Positions 10,416 through 24,500 of a stretch of DNA of 64,000 bases are shown piece by piece (the first letter of the stretch is position 1; each line of letters begins with the position of its first letter). The translations under genes were made by a program, and so were the position numbers. The DNA lies in contig OZ249436.1 in assembly GCA_965235115.1 (NCBI GenBank), positions 12,898,001 through 12,962,000 of the forward strand, in the 5' to 3' direction. The notes below the pieces were generated by a model. The model was not told where the DNA came from and ran no database searches. It saw nothing but the letters and a program-made list of their open reading frames with translations. This DNA is from Laetmonice hystrix. Taxonomy: Eukaryota.

Positions 10416-10595
10416 CAGTGTACTGTTTGGCCTCTCATAGTGCTTGTCCTCACAGCATACGGTTTGGCCTCACTGTACTGTTCGGCCTCACTGTAGTGTC
10501 TGCTGGGGTATTAGGCAAGGCAGTACCTTGTAGGGATTCGTCACTGTACTGTTTGGCCTCCCTGTACCCTTGAGCCTCACTGTACTGTTTGCTTC
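10416..10595 (+). repeat. Internal ~18-bp subrepeat (consensus CACTGTACTGTTTGGCCT), ~8 degenerate copies per monomer; the first full monomer is shown
   Basis: Copies at 10416, 10471, 10489, 10542, 10560 and 10578, plus degenerate ones at 10434 and 10451. These explain the 6-aa periodic ORFs (SLYCLA/FGLTVL). Confidence 0.85.
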
Positions 10596-12502
10596 TACAA
10601 CTGTCGCCAGTAATATAGGGACGCCTCAGTCATGTTTCATGTTTCCATGCCTTTATTGTCCAAGAGGCAGGCCATCCGTTTCGTCCATCATTTACTCCCA
10701 TGTAATCTGTGTCCCCTACTGACCACCTGTAAGCGTCCGACAACGTTGTATGATAGACCCAGTGGATGTTTGCCGTAAAGACTTAATTAACAATGACAAA
10801 TGACGTTGTTCCCCTTTCTATATCAGATATCCCATCCCCAAGTAGAAACGAATGACAGAGATGTTGCAAGCAAACACCAGGGTGCGGTACTGAAGGGTCC
10901 GACTGCACTGCCACCTTCCGGCTACCGATGTAATCACCACCTTAGACCTGGCCGGGCTGGCAGGCACGTATGGCGCCTTGGGGAGAGACAGGTTTATGCA
11001 ATGATAAGCGAAAAATGGCTTCATTTTTGATACGTCAAATTGAAATTACGCCCCCAAAATTATGATTGTTAGGCCAGATGTATAACTGTCACTCTTATAG
11101 GTCTCGTACGTTCGCTATAGATAAATGGTTGTGATATGTCTACTTCCCATTTGAGTATCTTCTCCAAATTTTAACATTAGATGCCCCTCGCCTATACCTT
11201 TCATTTCCACTACCTCACTGAACTGTTTGCATCGGTAGTAGGCCAGCCGATAGGATGTAGGGACGTCCCAGTGTACTGTTTGGCCTCTCATAGTGCTTGT
11301 CCTCACAGTATACGGTTTGGCCTCACTGTACTGTTCGGCCTCACTGTAGTGTTTGCTTGGGTATTAGGCAAGGTAGTACCACCTTGTAGGGATTCGTCAC
11401 TGTACTGTTTGGCCTCCCTGTACTCTTTGGCCTCACTGTACTGTTTGCTTCTATACAACTGTCGCCAGTAATATATGGACGCCTCATGTTTCATGTTTCC
11501 ATGCCTTTATTGTCCAAGAGGCAGGCCATCCGTTTCGTCCATCATTTACTTCCATCTAATCTGTGTCCCCTACTGACCACCTGTAAGCGTCCGACAACGT
11601 TGTATGGTAGACCCAGTGGATGTTTGCCGTAAAGACTTAATTATCAAAGGCAAATGACGTTGTTCCCCTTTCTATATCAGATATCCCATCCCAAGTAGAA
11701 ACAGATGGCAGAGATGTTGCAGGCAAACACCAGGGTGCGGTACTGAAGGGTCCGACTGCACTGCCACCTTCCGGCTAACGATGTAATCACCACCTTAGAC
11801 CTGGCCGGGCTGGCAGGCACGTATGGCGCTTAAGGGAGAGACAGGTTTATGCAACGATAAGCGAAAAATGGCTTTATTTTTGATACGTCAAATTGAAATT
11901 ACCCCCTGCAAAATTATGATTGTTAGGCCAGATGTATAACTGTCACCCGTATAGGTCTCGTACGTTCGCTAGAGATAAATGGTTGTGATATGTCTACTTC
12001 CCATTTGAGTATCTTCTCCAAATTTTAACATTAGATGCGCCTCGCCTATACCTTTCATTTCTACTACCTCACTGAATTGTTTGCATGGGTAGTAGGCCAG
12101 CCGATCAGATGTAGGGACTTCTCAGTGTACTGTTTGGCCTCTCATAGTGCTTGTCCTCACAGTATACGGTTTGGCCTCACTGTACTGTTCGGCCTCACTG
12201 TAGTGTTTGCTTGGGTATTAGGCAAGGCAGTACCTTGTAGGGATTCGTCACTGTACTGTTTGGCCTCCCTGTACTCTTTGGCCTCACTGTACTGTTTGCT
12301 TCTACAACTGTCGCCAGTAATATAGGGACGCCTCATGTTTCATGGTTCCATGCCTTTATTGTCCAAGAGGTAGGCCATCCGTTTCGTCCATCATTTACTC
12401 CCATGTAATCTGTGTCCCCTACTGACCACCTGTAAGCGTCCGACAACGTTGTATGATAGACCCAGTGGATGTTTGCCGTAAAGACTTAATTAACAATGAC
12501 AA

Positions 12503-15500
12503 ATGACGTTGTTCCCCTTTCTATATCAGATATCCCATCCCCAAGTAGAAACGAATGACAGAGATGTTGCAAGCAAACACCAGGGTGCGGTACTGAAGGG
12601 TCCGACTGCACTGCCACCTTCCGGCTACCGATGTAATCACCACCTTAGACCTGGCCGGGCTGGCAGGCACGTATGGCGCCTTGGGGAGAGACAGGTTTAT
12701 GCAATGATAAGCGAAAAATGGCTTCATTTTTGATACGTCAAATTGAAATTACGCCCCCAAAATTATGATTGTTAGGCCAGATGTATAACTGTCACTCTTA
12801 TAGGTCTCGTACGTTCGCTATAGATAAATGGTTGTGATATGTCTACTTCCCATTTGAGTATCTTCTCCAAATTTTAACATTAGATGCCCCTCGCCTATAC
12901 CTTTCATTTCCACTACCTCACTGAACTGTTTGCATCGGTAGTAGGCCAGCCGATAGGATGTAGGGACGTCCCAGTGTACTGTTTGGCCTCTCATAGTGCT
13001 TGTCCTCACAGTATACGGTTTGGCCTCACTGTACTGTTCGGCCTCACTGTAGTGTTTGCTTGGGTATTAGGCAAGGTAGTACCACCTTGTAGGGATTCGT
13101 CACTGTACTGTTTGGCCTCCCTGTACTCTTTGGCCTCACTGTACTGTTTGCTTCTATACAACTGTCGCCAGTAATATATGGACGCCTCATGTTTCATGTT
13201 TCCATGCCTTTATTGTCCAAGAGGCAGGCCATCCGTTTCGTCCATCATTTACTTCCATCTAATCTGTGTCCCCTACTGACCACCTGTAAGCGTCCGACAA
13301 CGTTGTATGGTAGACCCAGTGGATGTTTGCCGTAAAGACTTAATTATCAAAGGCAAATGACGTTGTTCCCCTTTCTATATCAGATATCCCATCCCAAGTA
13401 GAAACAGATGGCAGAGATGTTGCAGGCAAACACCAGGGTGCGGTACTGAAGGGTCCGACTGCACTGCCACCTTCCGGCTAACGATGTAATCACCACCTTA
13501 GACCTGGCCGGGCTGGCAGGCACGTATGGCGCTAAAGGGAGAGACAGGTTTATGCAATGATAAGCGAAAAATGGCTTTATTTTTGATACGTCAAATTGAA
13601 ATTACCCCCTGCAAAATTATGATTGTTAGGCCAGATGTATAACTGTCACCCGTATAGGTCTCGTACGTTCGCTAGAGATAAATGGTTGTGATATGTCTAC
13701 TTCCCATTTGAGTATCTTCTCCAAATTTTAACATTAGATGCGCCTCGCCTATACCTTTCATTTCTACTACCTCACTGAATTGTTTGCATGGGTAGTAGGC
13801 CAGCCGATCAGATGTAGGGACTTCTCAGTGTACTGTTTGGCCTCTCATAGTGCTTGTCCTCACAGTATACGGTTTGGCCTCACTGTACTGTTCGGCCTCA
13901 CTGTAGTGTTTGCTTGGGTATTAGGCAAGGCAGTACCTTGTAGGGATTCGTCACTGTACTGTTTGGCCTCCCTGTACTCTTTGGCCTCACTGTACTGTTT
14001 GCTTCTACAACTGTCGCCAGTAATATAGGGACGCCTCATGTTTCATGTTTCCATGCCTTTATTGTCCAAGAGGCAGGCCATCCGTTTCGTCCATCATTTA
14101 GGCCTACTCCCATGTAATGTATGTCCCCTACTGACCACCTGTAAGCGTCCGACAACGTTGTATGGTAGACCCAGTGGATGTTTGCCGTAAAGACCTAATT
14201 AACAAAGGCAAATGACGTTGTTCGCCTTTCTATATCAGATATCCCATCCCAAGTAGAAACGGATGACAGAGATGTTGCAAGCAAACACCAGGGTGCGGTA
14301 CTAAAGGGTCCGACTGCACTGCCACCTTCCGACTACCGATGTAATCACCACCTTAGACCTGGCCGGGCTGGCAGGCACGTATGGCGCTTAGGGGAAAGAC
14401 AGGTTTATGCAATGATAAGCGAAAAATGGCTTCATTTTTGATACGTCAAATTGAAATTTGCCCCCAAAATTATGATTGTTAGGCCAGATGTATAACTGTC
14501 AACCGTATAGGTCTCGTACGTTCGCTTTAGATAAATGGTTGTGATATGTCTACTTCCCATTTGAGTATCTTCTCCAAATTTTAACATTAGATGCCCCTCG
14601 CCTATACCTTTCATTTCCGCTACCTCACTGAACTGTTTGCATGGGTAGTAGGCCAGCCTATCAGATGTAGGGACTTCTCAGTATACTGTTTGGCCTCTCA
14701 TAGTGCTTGTCCTCACAGTATACGGTTTGGCCTCACTGTACTGTTCGGCCTCACTGTAGTGTTTCCTTGGGTACTAGGCAAGGCAGTACCTTGTAGGGAT
14801 TCGTCACTGTACTGTTTGGCCTCCCTGTACTCTTGGGCCTCACTGTACTGTTTGCTTCTATACAACTGTCGCCAGTAATATAGGGACGCCTCATGTTGCA
14901 TGTTTCCATGCCTTTATTGTCCAAGAGGCAGGCCATCCGTTTCGTCCATCATTTACTCCCATGTAATCTGTGTCCCCTACTGACCACCTGTAAGCGTCCG
15001 ACAACGTTGTATGGTAGACCCAGTGGATGTTTGCCGTAAAGACTTAATTAACAAAGGCAAATGACGTTGTTCGCCTTTCTATATCAGATATCCCATCCCA
15101 AGTAGAAACAGATGGCAGAGATGTTGCAAGCAAACACCATGGTGCGGTACTGAAGGGTCCGACTGCACTGCCACCTTCCGGCTACCGATGTAATCACCAC
15201 CTTAGACCTGGCTGGGCTGGCAGGCACGTATGGCGCTTAGGGGAGAGACAGGTTTATGCAATGATAAGCGAAAAATGGCTTCATTTTTGATACGTCAAAT
15301 TGAAATTACGGCCCAAAATTATGATTGTTAGGCCAGATGTATAACTGTCAACCGTATAGATCTCGTACGTTCGTTATATGATATGTCTACTTCCCATTTG
15401 AGTATCTTCTCCAAATTTTAGCATTAGATACCCTCGCCTATACCTTTCTTTTCCACTACCTCACTGAACTGTTTGCATGGGTAGTAGGCCAGCCTATCAG

Positions 15501-18500
15501 ATGTAGGAACCTCTCAGTGTACTGTTTGGCCTCTCATAGTGCTTGTCCTTACAGCATACGGTTTGGCCTCACTGTACTGTTCGGCCTCACTGTAGTGTCT
15601 GCTGGGGTATTAGGCAAGGCAGTACCTTGTAGGGATTCGTCACTGTACTGTTTGGCCTCCCTGTACCCTTGAGCCTCACTGTACTGTTTGCTTCTACAAC
15701 TGTCGCCAGTAATATAGGGACGCCTCAGTCATGTTTCATGTTTCCATGCCTTTATTGTCCAAGAGGCAGGCCATCCGTTTCATCCATCATTTACTCCCAT
15801 GTAATCTGTGTCCCCTACTGACCACCTGTAAGCGTCCGACAACGTTGTATGGTAGACCCAGTGGATGTTTGCCGTAAAGACTTAATTAACAATGACAAAT
15901 GACGTTGTTCCCCTTTCTAAATCAGATATCCCATCCCCAAGTAGAAACGAATGACAGAGATGTTGCAAGCAAACACCAGGGTGCGGTACTGAAGGGTCCG
16001 ACTGCACTGCCACCTTCCGGCTACCGATGTAATCACCACCTTAGACCTGGCCGGGCTGGCAGGCACGTATGGCGCCTAGGGGAGAGACAGGTTTATGCAA
16101 TGATAAGCGAAAAATGGCTTCATTTTTGATACGTCAAATTGAAATTACGCCCCCAAAATTATGATGGTTAGGCCAGATGTATAACTGTCACTCTTATAGG
16201 TCTCGTACGTTCGCTATAGATAAATGGTTGTGATATGTCTACTTCCAATTTGAGTATCTTCTCCAAATTTTAACATTAGATGCCCCTCGCCTATACCTTT
16301 CACTTCCACTACCTCACTGAACTGTTTGCATCGGTAGTAGGCCAGCCGATAGGATGTAGGGACGTCCCAGTGTACTGTTTGGCCTCTCATAGTGCTTGTC
16401 CTCACAGTATACGGTTTGGCCTCACTGTACTGTTCGGCCTCACTGTAGTGTTTGCTTGGGTATTAGGCAAGGTAGTACCACCTTGTAGGGATTCGTCACT
16501 GTACTGTTTGGCCTCCCTGTACTCTTTGGCCTCACTGTACTGTTTGCTTCTATACAACTGTCGCCAGTAATATATGGACGCCTCATGTTTCATGTTTCCA
16601 TGCCTTTATTGTCCAAGAGGCAGGCCATCCGTTTCGTCCATCATTTAGGCCTACTCCCATGTAATGTGTGTCCCCTACTGACCACCTGTAAGCGTCCGAC
16701 AACGTTGTATGGTAGACCCAGTGAATGTTTGCCGTAAAGACCTAATTATCAAAGGCAAATGACGTTGTTCCCCTTTCTATATCAGATATCCCATCCCAAG
16801 TAGAAACAGATGGCAGAGATGTTGCAGGCAAACACCAGGGTGCGGTACTGAAGGGTCCGACTGCACTGCCACCTTCCGGCTAACGATGTAATCACCACCT
16901 TAGACCTGGCCGGGCTGGCAGGCACGTATGGCGCTTAAGGGAGAGACAGGTTTATGCAATGATAAGCGAAAAATGGCTTTATTTTTGATACGTCAAATTG
17001 AAATTACCCCCTGCAAAATTATGATTGTTAGGCCAGATGTATAACTGTCACCCGTATAGGTCTCGTACGTTCGCTAGAGATAAATGGTTGTGATATGTCT
17101 ACTTCCCATTTGAGTATCTTCTCCAAATTTTAACATTAGATGCGCCTCGCCTATACCTTTCATTTCTACTACCTCACTGAATTGTTTGCATGGGTAGTAG
17201 GCCAGCCGATCAGATGTAGGGACTTCTCAGTGTACTTTTTGGCCTCTCATAGTGCTTGTCCTCACAGTATACGGTTTGGCCTCACTGTACTGTTCGGCCT
17301 CACTGTAGTGTTTGCTTGGGTATTAGGCAAGGCAGTACCTTGTAGGGATTCGTCACTGTACTGTTTGGCCTCCCTGTACTCTTTGGCCTCACTGTACTGT
17401 TTGCTTCTACAACTGTCGCCAGTAATATAGGGACGCCTCATGTTTCATGTTTCCATGCCTTTATTGTCCAAGAGGCAGGCCATCCGTTTCGTCCATCATT
17501 TAGGCCTACTCCCATGTAATGTGTGTCCCCTACTGACCACCTGTAAGCGTCCGACAACGTTGTATGGTAGACCCAGTGGATGTTTGCCGTAAAGACCTAA
17601 TTAACAAAGGCAAATGACGTTGTTCGCCTTTCTATATCAGATATCCCATCCCAAGTAGAAACGGATGACAGAGATGTTGCAAGCAAACACCAGGGTGCGG
17701 TACTAAAGGGTCCGACTGCACTGCCACCTTCCGACTACCGATGTAATCACCACCTTAGACCTGGCCGGGCTGGCAGGCACGTATGGCGCTTAGGGGAAAG
17801 ACAGGTTTATGCAATGATAAGCGAAAAATGGCTTCATTTTTGATACGTCAAATTGAAATTTGCCCCCAAAATTATGATTGTTAGGCCAGATGTATAACTG
17901 TCAACCGTATAGGTCTCGTACGTTCGCTTTAGATAAATGGTTGTGATATGTCTACTTCCCATTTGAGTATCTTCTCCAAATTTTAACATTAGATGCCCCT
18001 CGCCTATACCTTTCATTTCCACTACCTCACTGAACTGTTTGCATGGGTAGTAGGCCAGCCTATCAGATGTAGGGACTTCTCAGTATACTGTTTGGCCTCT
18101 CATAGTGCTTGTCCTCACAGTATACGGTTTGGCCTCACTGTACTGTTCGGCCTCACTGTAGTGTTTCCTTGGGTACTAGGCAAGGCAGTACCTTGTAGGG
18201 ATTCGTCACTGTACTGTTTGGCCTCCCTGTACTCTTGGGCCTCACTGTACTGTTTGCTTCTATACAACTGTCGCCAGTAATATAGGGACGCCTCATGTTG
18301 CATGTTTCCATGCCTTTATTGTCCAAGAGGCAGGCCATCCGTGTCGTCCATCATTTACTCCCATGTAATCTGTGTCCCCTACTGACCACCTGTAAGCGTC
18401 CGACAACGTTGTATGGTAGACCCAGTGGATGTTTGCCGTAAAGACTTAATTAACAAAGGCAAATGACGTTGTTCGCCTTTCTATATCAGATATCCCATCC

Positions 18501-21500
18501 CAAGTAGAAACAGATGGCAGAGATGTTGCAAGCAAACACCATGGTGCGGTACTGAAGGGTCCGACTGCACTGCCACCTTCCGGCTACCGATGTAATCACC
18601 ACCTTAGACCTGGCTGGGCTGGCAGGCACGTATGGCGCTTAGGGGAGAGACAGGTTTATGCAATGATAAGCGAAAAATGGCTTCATTTTTGATACGTCAA
18701 ATTGAAATTACGGCCCAAAATTATGATTGTTAGGCTAGATGTATAACTGTCAACCGTATAGATCTCGTACGTTCGCTATATGATATGTCTACTTCCCATT
18801 TGAGTATCTTCTCCAAATTTTAGCATTAGATACCCTCGCCTATACCTTTCTTTTCCACTACCTCACTGAACTGTTTGCATGGGTAGTAGGCCAGCCTATC
18901 AGATGTAGGAACCTCTCAGTGTACTGTTTGGCCTCTCATAGTGCTTGTCCTCACAGCATACGGTTTGGCCTCACTGTACTGTTCGGCCTCACTGTAGTGT
19001 CTGCTGGGGTATTAGGCAAGGCAGTACCTTGTAGGGATTCGTCACTGTACTGTTTGACCTCCCTGTACCCTTGAGCCTCACTGTACTGTTTGCTTCTACA
19101 ACTGTCGCCAGTAATATAGGGACGCCTCAGTCATGTTTCATGTTTCCATGCCTTTATTGTCCAAGAGGCAGGCCATCCGTTTCATCCATCATTTACTCCC
19201 ATGTAATCTGTGTCCCTACTGACCACCTGTAAGCGTCCGACAACGTTGTATGGTAGACCCAGTGGATGTTTGCCGTAAAGACTTAATTAACAATGACAAA
19301 TGACGTTGTTCCCCTTTCTAAATCAGATATCCCATCCCCAAGTAGAAACGAATGACAGAGATGTTGCAAGCAAACACCAGGGTGCGGTACTGAAGGGTCC
19401 GACTGCACTGCCACCTTCCGGCTACCGATGTAATCACCACCTTAGACCTGGCCGGGCTGGCAGGCACGTATGGCGCCTAGGGGAGAGACAGGTTTATGCA
19501 ATGATAAGCGAAAAATGGCTTCATTTTTGATACGTCAAATTGAAATTACGCCCCCAAAATTATGATTGTTAGGCCAGATGTATAACTGTCACTCTTATAG
19601 GTCTCGTACGTTCGCTATAGATAAATGGTTGTGATATGTCTACTTCCCATTTGAGTATCTTCTCCAAATTTTAACATTAGATGCCCCTCGCCTATACCTT
19701 TCACTTCCACTACCTCACTGAACTGTTTGCATCGGTAGTAGGCCAGCCGATAGGATGTAGGGACGTCCCAGTGTACTGTTTGGCCTCTCATAGTGCTTGT
19801 CCTCACAGTATACGGTTTGGCCTCACTGTACTGTTCGGCCTCACTGTAGTGTTTGCTTGGGTATTAGGCAAGGTAGTACCACCTTGTAGGGATTCGTCAC
19901 TGTACTGTTTGGCCTCCCTGTACTCTTTGGCCTCACTGTACTGTTTGCTTCTATACAACTGTCGCCAGTAATATATGGACGCCTCATGTTTCATGTTTCC
20001 ATGCCTTTATTGTCCAAGAGGCAGGCCATCCGTTTCGTCCATCATTTAGGCCTACTCCCATGTAATGTGTGTCCCCTACTGACCACCTGTAAGCGTCCGA
20101 CAACGTTGTATGGTAGACCCAGTGGATGTTTGCCGTAAAGACCTAATTATCAAAGGCAAATGACGTTGTTCCCCTTTCTATATCAGATATCCCATCCCAA
20201 GTAGAAACAGATGGCAGAGATGTTGCAGGCAAACACCAGGGTGCGGTACTGAAGGGTCCGACTGCACTGCCACCTTCCGGCTAACGATGTAATCACCACC
20301 TTAGACCTGGCCGGGCTGGCAGGCACGTATGGCGCTTAAGGGAAAGACAGGTTTATGCAATGATAAGCGAAAAATGGCTTTATTTTTGATACGTCAAATT
20401 GAAATTACCCCCTGCAAAAATTATGATTGTTAGGCCAGATGTATAACTGTCACCCGTATAGGTCTCGTACGTTCGCTAGAGATAAATGGTTGTGATATGT
20501 CTACTTCCCATTTGAGTATCTTCTCCAAATTTTAACATTAGATGCGCCTCGCCTATACCTTTCATTTCTACTACCTCACTGAATTGTTTGCATGGGTAGT
20601 AGGCCAGCCGATCAGATGTAGGGACTTCTCAGTGTACTGTTTGGCCTCTCATAGTGCTTGTCCTCACAGTATACGGTTTGGCCTCACTGTACTGTTCGGC
20701 CTCACTGTAGTGTTTGCTTGGGTATTAGGCAAGGCAGTACCTTGTAGGGATTCGTCACTGTACTGTTTGGCCTCCCTGTACTCTTTGGCCTCACTGTACT
20801 GTTTGCTTCTACAACTGTCGCCAGTAATATAGGGACGCCTCATGTTTCATGTTTCCATGCCTTTATTGTCCAAGAGGCAGGCCATCCGTTTCGTCCATCA
20901 TTTAGGCCTACTCCCATGTAATGTATGTCCCCTACTGACCACCTGTAAGCGTCCGACAACGTTGTATGGTAGACCCAGTGGATGTTTGCCGTAAAGACCT
21001 AATTAACAAAGGCAAATGACGTTGTTCGCCTTTCTATATCAGATATCCCATCCCAAGTAGAAACGGATGACAGAGATGTTGCAAGCAAACACCAGGGTGC
21101 GGTACTAAAGGGTCCGACTGCACTGCCACCTTCCGACTACCGATGTAATCACCACCTTAGACCTGGCCGGGCTGGCAGGCACGTATGGCGCTTAGGGGAA
21201 AGACAGGTTTATGCAATGATAAGCGAAAAATGGCTTCATTTTTGATACGTCAAATTGAAATTTGCCCCCAAAATTATGATTGTTAGGCCAGATGTATAAC
21301 TGTCAACCGTATAGGTCTCGTACGTTCGCTTTAGATAAATGGTTGTGATATGTCTACTTCCCATTTGAGTATCTTCTCCAAATTTTAACATTAGATGCCC
21401 CTCGCCTATACCTTTCATTTCCGCTACCTCACTGAACTGTTTGCATGGGTAGTAGGCCAGCCTATCAGATGTAGGGACTTCTCAGTATACTGTTTGGCCT

Positions 21501-24500
21501 CTCATAGTGCTTGTCCTCACAGTATACGGTTTGGCCTCACTGTACTGTTCGGCCTCACTGTAGTGTTTCCTTGGGTACTAGGCAAGGCAGTACCTTGTAG
21601 GGATTCGTCACTGTACTGTTTGGCCTCCCTGTACTCTTGGGCCTCACTGTACTGTTTGCTTCTATACAACTGTCGCCAGTAATATAGGGACGCCTCATGT
21701 TGCATGTTTCCATGCCTTTATTGTCCAAGAGGCAGGCCATCCGTTTCGTCCATCATTTACTCCCATGTAATCTGTGTCCCCTACTGACCACCTGTAAGCG
21801 TCCGACAACGTTGTATGGTAGACCCAGTGGATGTTTGCCGTAAAGACTTAATTAACAAAGGCAAATGACGTTGTTCGCCTTTCTATATCAGATATCCCAT
21901 CCCAAGTAGAAACAGATGGCAGAGATGTTGCAAGCAAACACCATGGTGCGGTACTGAAGGGTCCGACTGCACTGCCACCTTCCGGCTACCGATGTAATCA
22001 CCACCTTAGACCTGGCTGGGCTGGCAGGCACGTATGGCGCTTAGGGGAGAGACAGGTTTATGCAATGATAAGCGAAAAATGGCTTCATTTTTGATACGTC
22101 AAATTGAAATTACGGCCCAAAATTATGATTGTTAGGCCAGATGTATAACTGTCAACCGTATAGATCTCGTACGTTCGCTATATGATATGTCTACTTCCCA
22201 TTTGAGTATCTTCTCCAAATTTTAGCATTAGATACCCTCGCCTATACCTTTCTTTTCCACTACCTCACTGAACTGTTTGCATGGGTAGTAGGCCAGCCTA
22301 TCAGATGTAGGAACCTCTCAGTGTACTGTTTGGCCTCTCATAGTGCTTGTCCTCACAGCATACGGTTTGGCCTCACTGTACTGTTCGGCCTCACTGTAGT
22401 GTCTGCTGGGGTATTAGGCAAGGCAGTACCTTGTAGGGATTCGTCACTGTACTGTTTGGCCTCCCTGTACCCTTGAGCCTCACTGTACTGTTTGCTTCTA
22501 CAACTGTCGCCAGTAATATAGGGACGCCTCAGTCATGTTTCATGTTTCCATGCCTTTATTGTCCAAGAGGCAGGCCATCCGTTTCATCCATCATTTACTC
22601 CCATGTAATCTGTGTCCCCTACTGACCACCTGTAAGCGTCCGACAACGTTGTATGGTAGACCCAGTGGATGTTTGCCGTAAAGACTTAATTAACAATGAC
22701 AAATGACGTTGTTCCCCTTTCTAAATCAGATATCCCATCCCCAAGTAGAAACGAATGACAGAGATGTTGCAAGCAAACACCAGGGTGCGGTACTGAAGGG
22801 TCCGACTGCACTGCCACCTTCCGGCTACCGATGTAATCACCACCTTAGACCTGGCCGGGCTGGCAGGCACGTATGGCGCCTAGGGGAGAGACAGGTTTAT
22901 GCAATGATAAGCGAAAAATGGCTTCATTTTTGATACGTCAAATTGAAATTACGCCCCCAAAATTATGATTGTTAGGCCAGATGTATAACTGTCACTCTTA
23001 TAGGTCTCGTACGTTCGCTATAGATAAATGGTTGTGATATGTCTACTTCCAATTTGAGTATCTTCTCCAAATTTTAACATTAGATGCCCCTCGCCTATAC
23101 CTTTCACTTCCACTACCTCACTGAACTGTTTGCATCGGTAGTAGGCCAGCCGATAGGATGTAGGGACGTCCCAGTGTACTGTTTGGCCTCTCATAGTGCT
23201 TGTCCTCACAGTATACGGTTTGGCCTCACTGTACTGTTCGGCCTCACTGTAGTGTTTGCTTGGGTATTAGGCAAGGTAGTACCACCTTGTAGGGATTCGT
23301 CACTGTACTGTTTGGCCTCCCTGTACTCTTTGGCCTCACTGTACTGTTTGCTTCTATACAACTGTCGCCAGTAATATATGGACGCCTCATGTTTCATGTT
23401 TCCATGCCTTTATTGTCCAAGAGGCAGGCCATCCGTTTCGTCCATCATTTAGGCCTACTCCCATGTAATGTGTGTCCCCTACTGACCACCTGTAAGCGTC
23501 CGACAACGTTGAATGGTAGACCCAGTGGATGTTTGCCGTAAAGACCTAATTATCAAAGGCAAATGACGTTGTTCCCCTTTCTATATCAGATATCCCATCC
23601 CAAGTAGAAACAGATGGCAGAGATGTTGCAGGCAAACACCAGGGTGCGGTACTGAAGGGTCCGACTGCACTGCCACCTTCCGGCTAACGATGTAATCACC
23701 ACCTTAGACCTGGCCGGGCTGGCAGGCACGTATGGCGCTTAAGGGAGAGACAGGTTTATGCAATGATAAGCGAAAAATGGCTTTATTTTTGATACGTCAA
23801 ATTGAAATTACCCCCTGCAAAATTATGATTGTTAGGCCAGATGTATAACTGTCACCCGTATAGGTCTCGTACGTTCGCTAGAGATAAATGGTTGTGATAT
23901 GTCTACTTCCCATTTGAGTATCTTCTCCAAATTTTAACATTAGATGCGCCTCGCCTATACCTTTCATTTCTACTACCTCACTGAATTGTTTGCATGGGTA
24001 GTAGGCCAGCCGATCAGATGTAGGGACTTCTCAGTGTACTGTTTGGCCTCTCATAGTGCTTGTCCTCACAGTATACGGTTTGGCCTCACTGTACTGTTTG
24101 GCCTAACTGTAGTGTTTGCTTGGGTATTAGGCAAGGCAGTACCTTGTAGGGATTCGTCACTGTACTGTTTGGCCTCCCTGTACTCTTTGGCCTCACTGTA
24201 CTGTTTGCTTCTACAACTGTCGCCAGTAATATAGGGACGCCTCATGTTTCATGTTTCCATGCCTTTATTGTCCAAGAGGCAGGCCATCCGTTTCGTCCAT
24301 CATTTAGGCCTACTCCCATGTAATGTGTGTCCCCTACTGACCACCTGTAAGCGTCCGACAACGTTGTATGGTAGACCCAGTGGATGTTTGCCGTAAAGAC
24401 CTAATTAACAAAGGCAAATGACGTTGTTCGCCTTTCTATATCAGATATCCCATCCCAAGTAGAAACGGATGACAGAGATGTTGCAAGCAAACACCAGGGT

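Noticed and set aside
10416..10595. CRISPR-like repeat-spacer array
   Set aside because: The subrepeats are mostly directly adjacent and degenerate with no unique spacers, the context is eukaryotic, and there are no cas genes.
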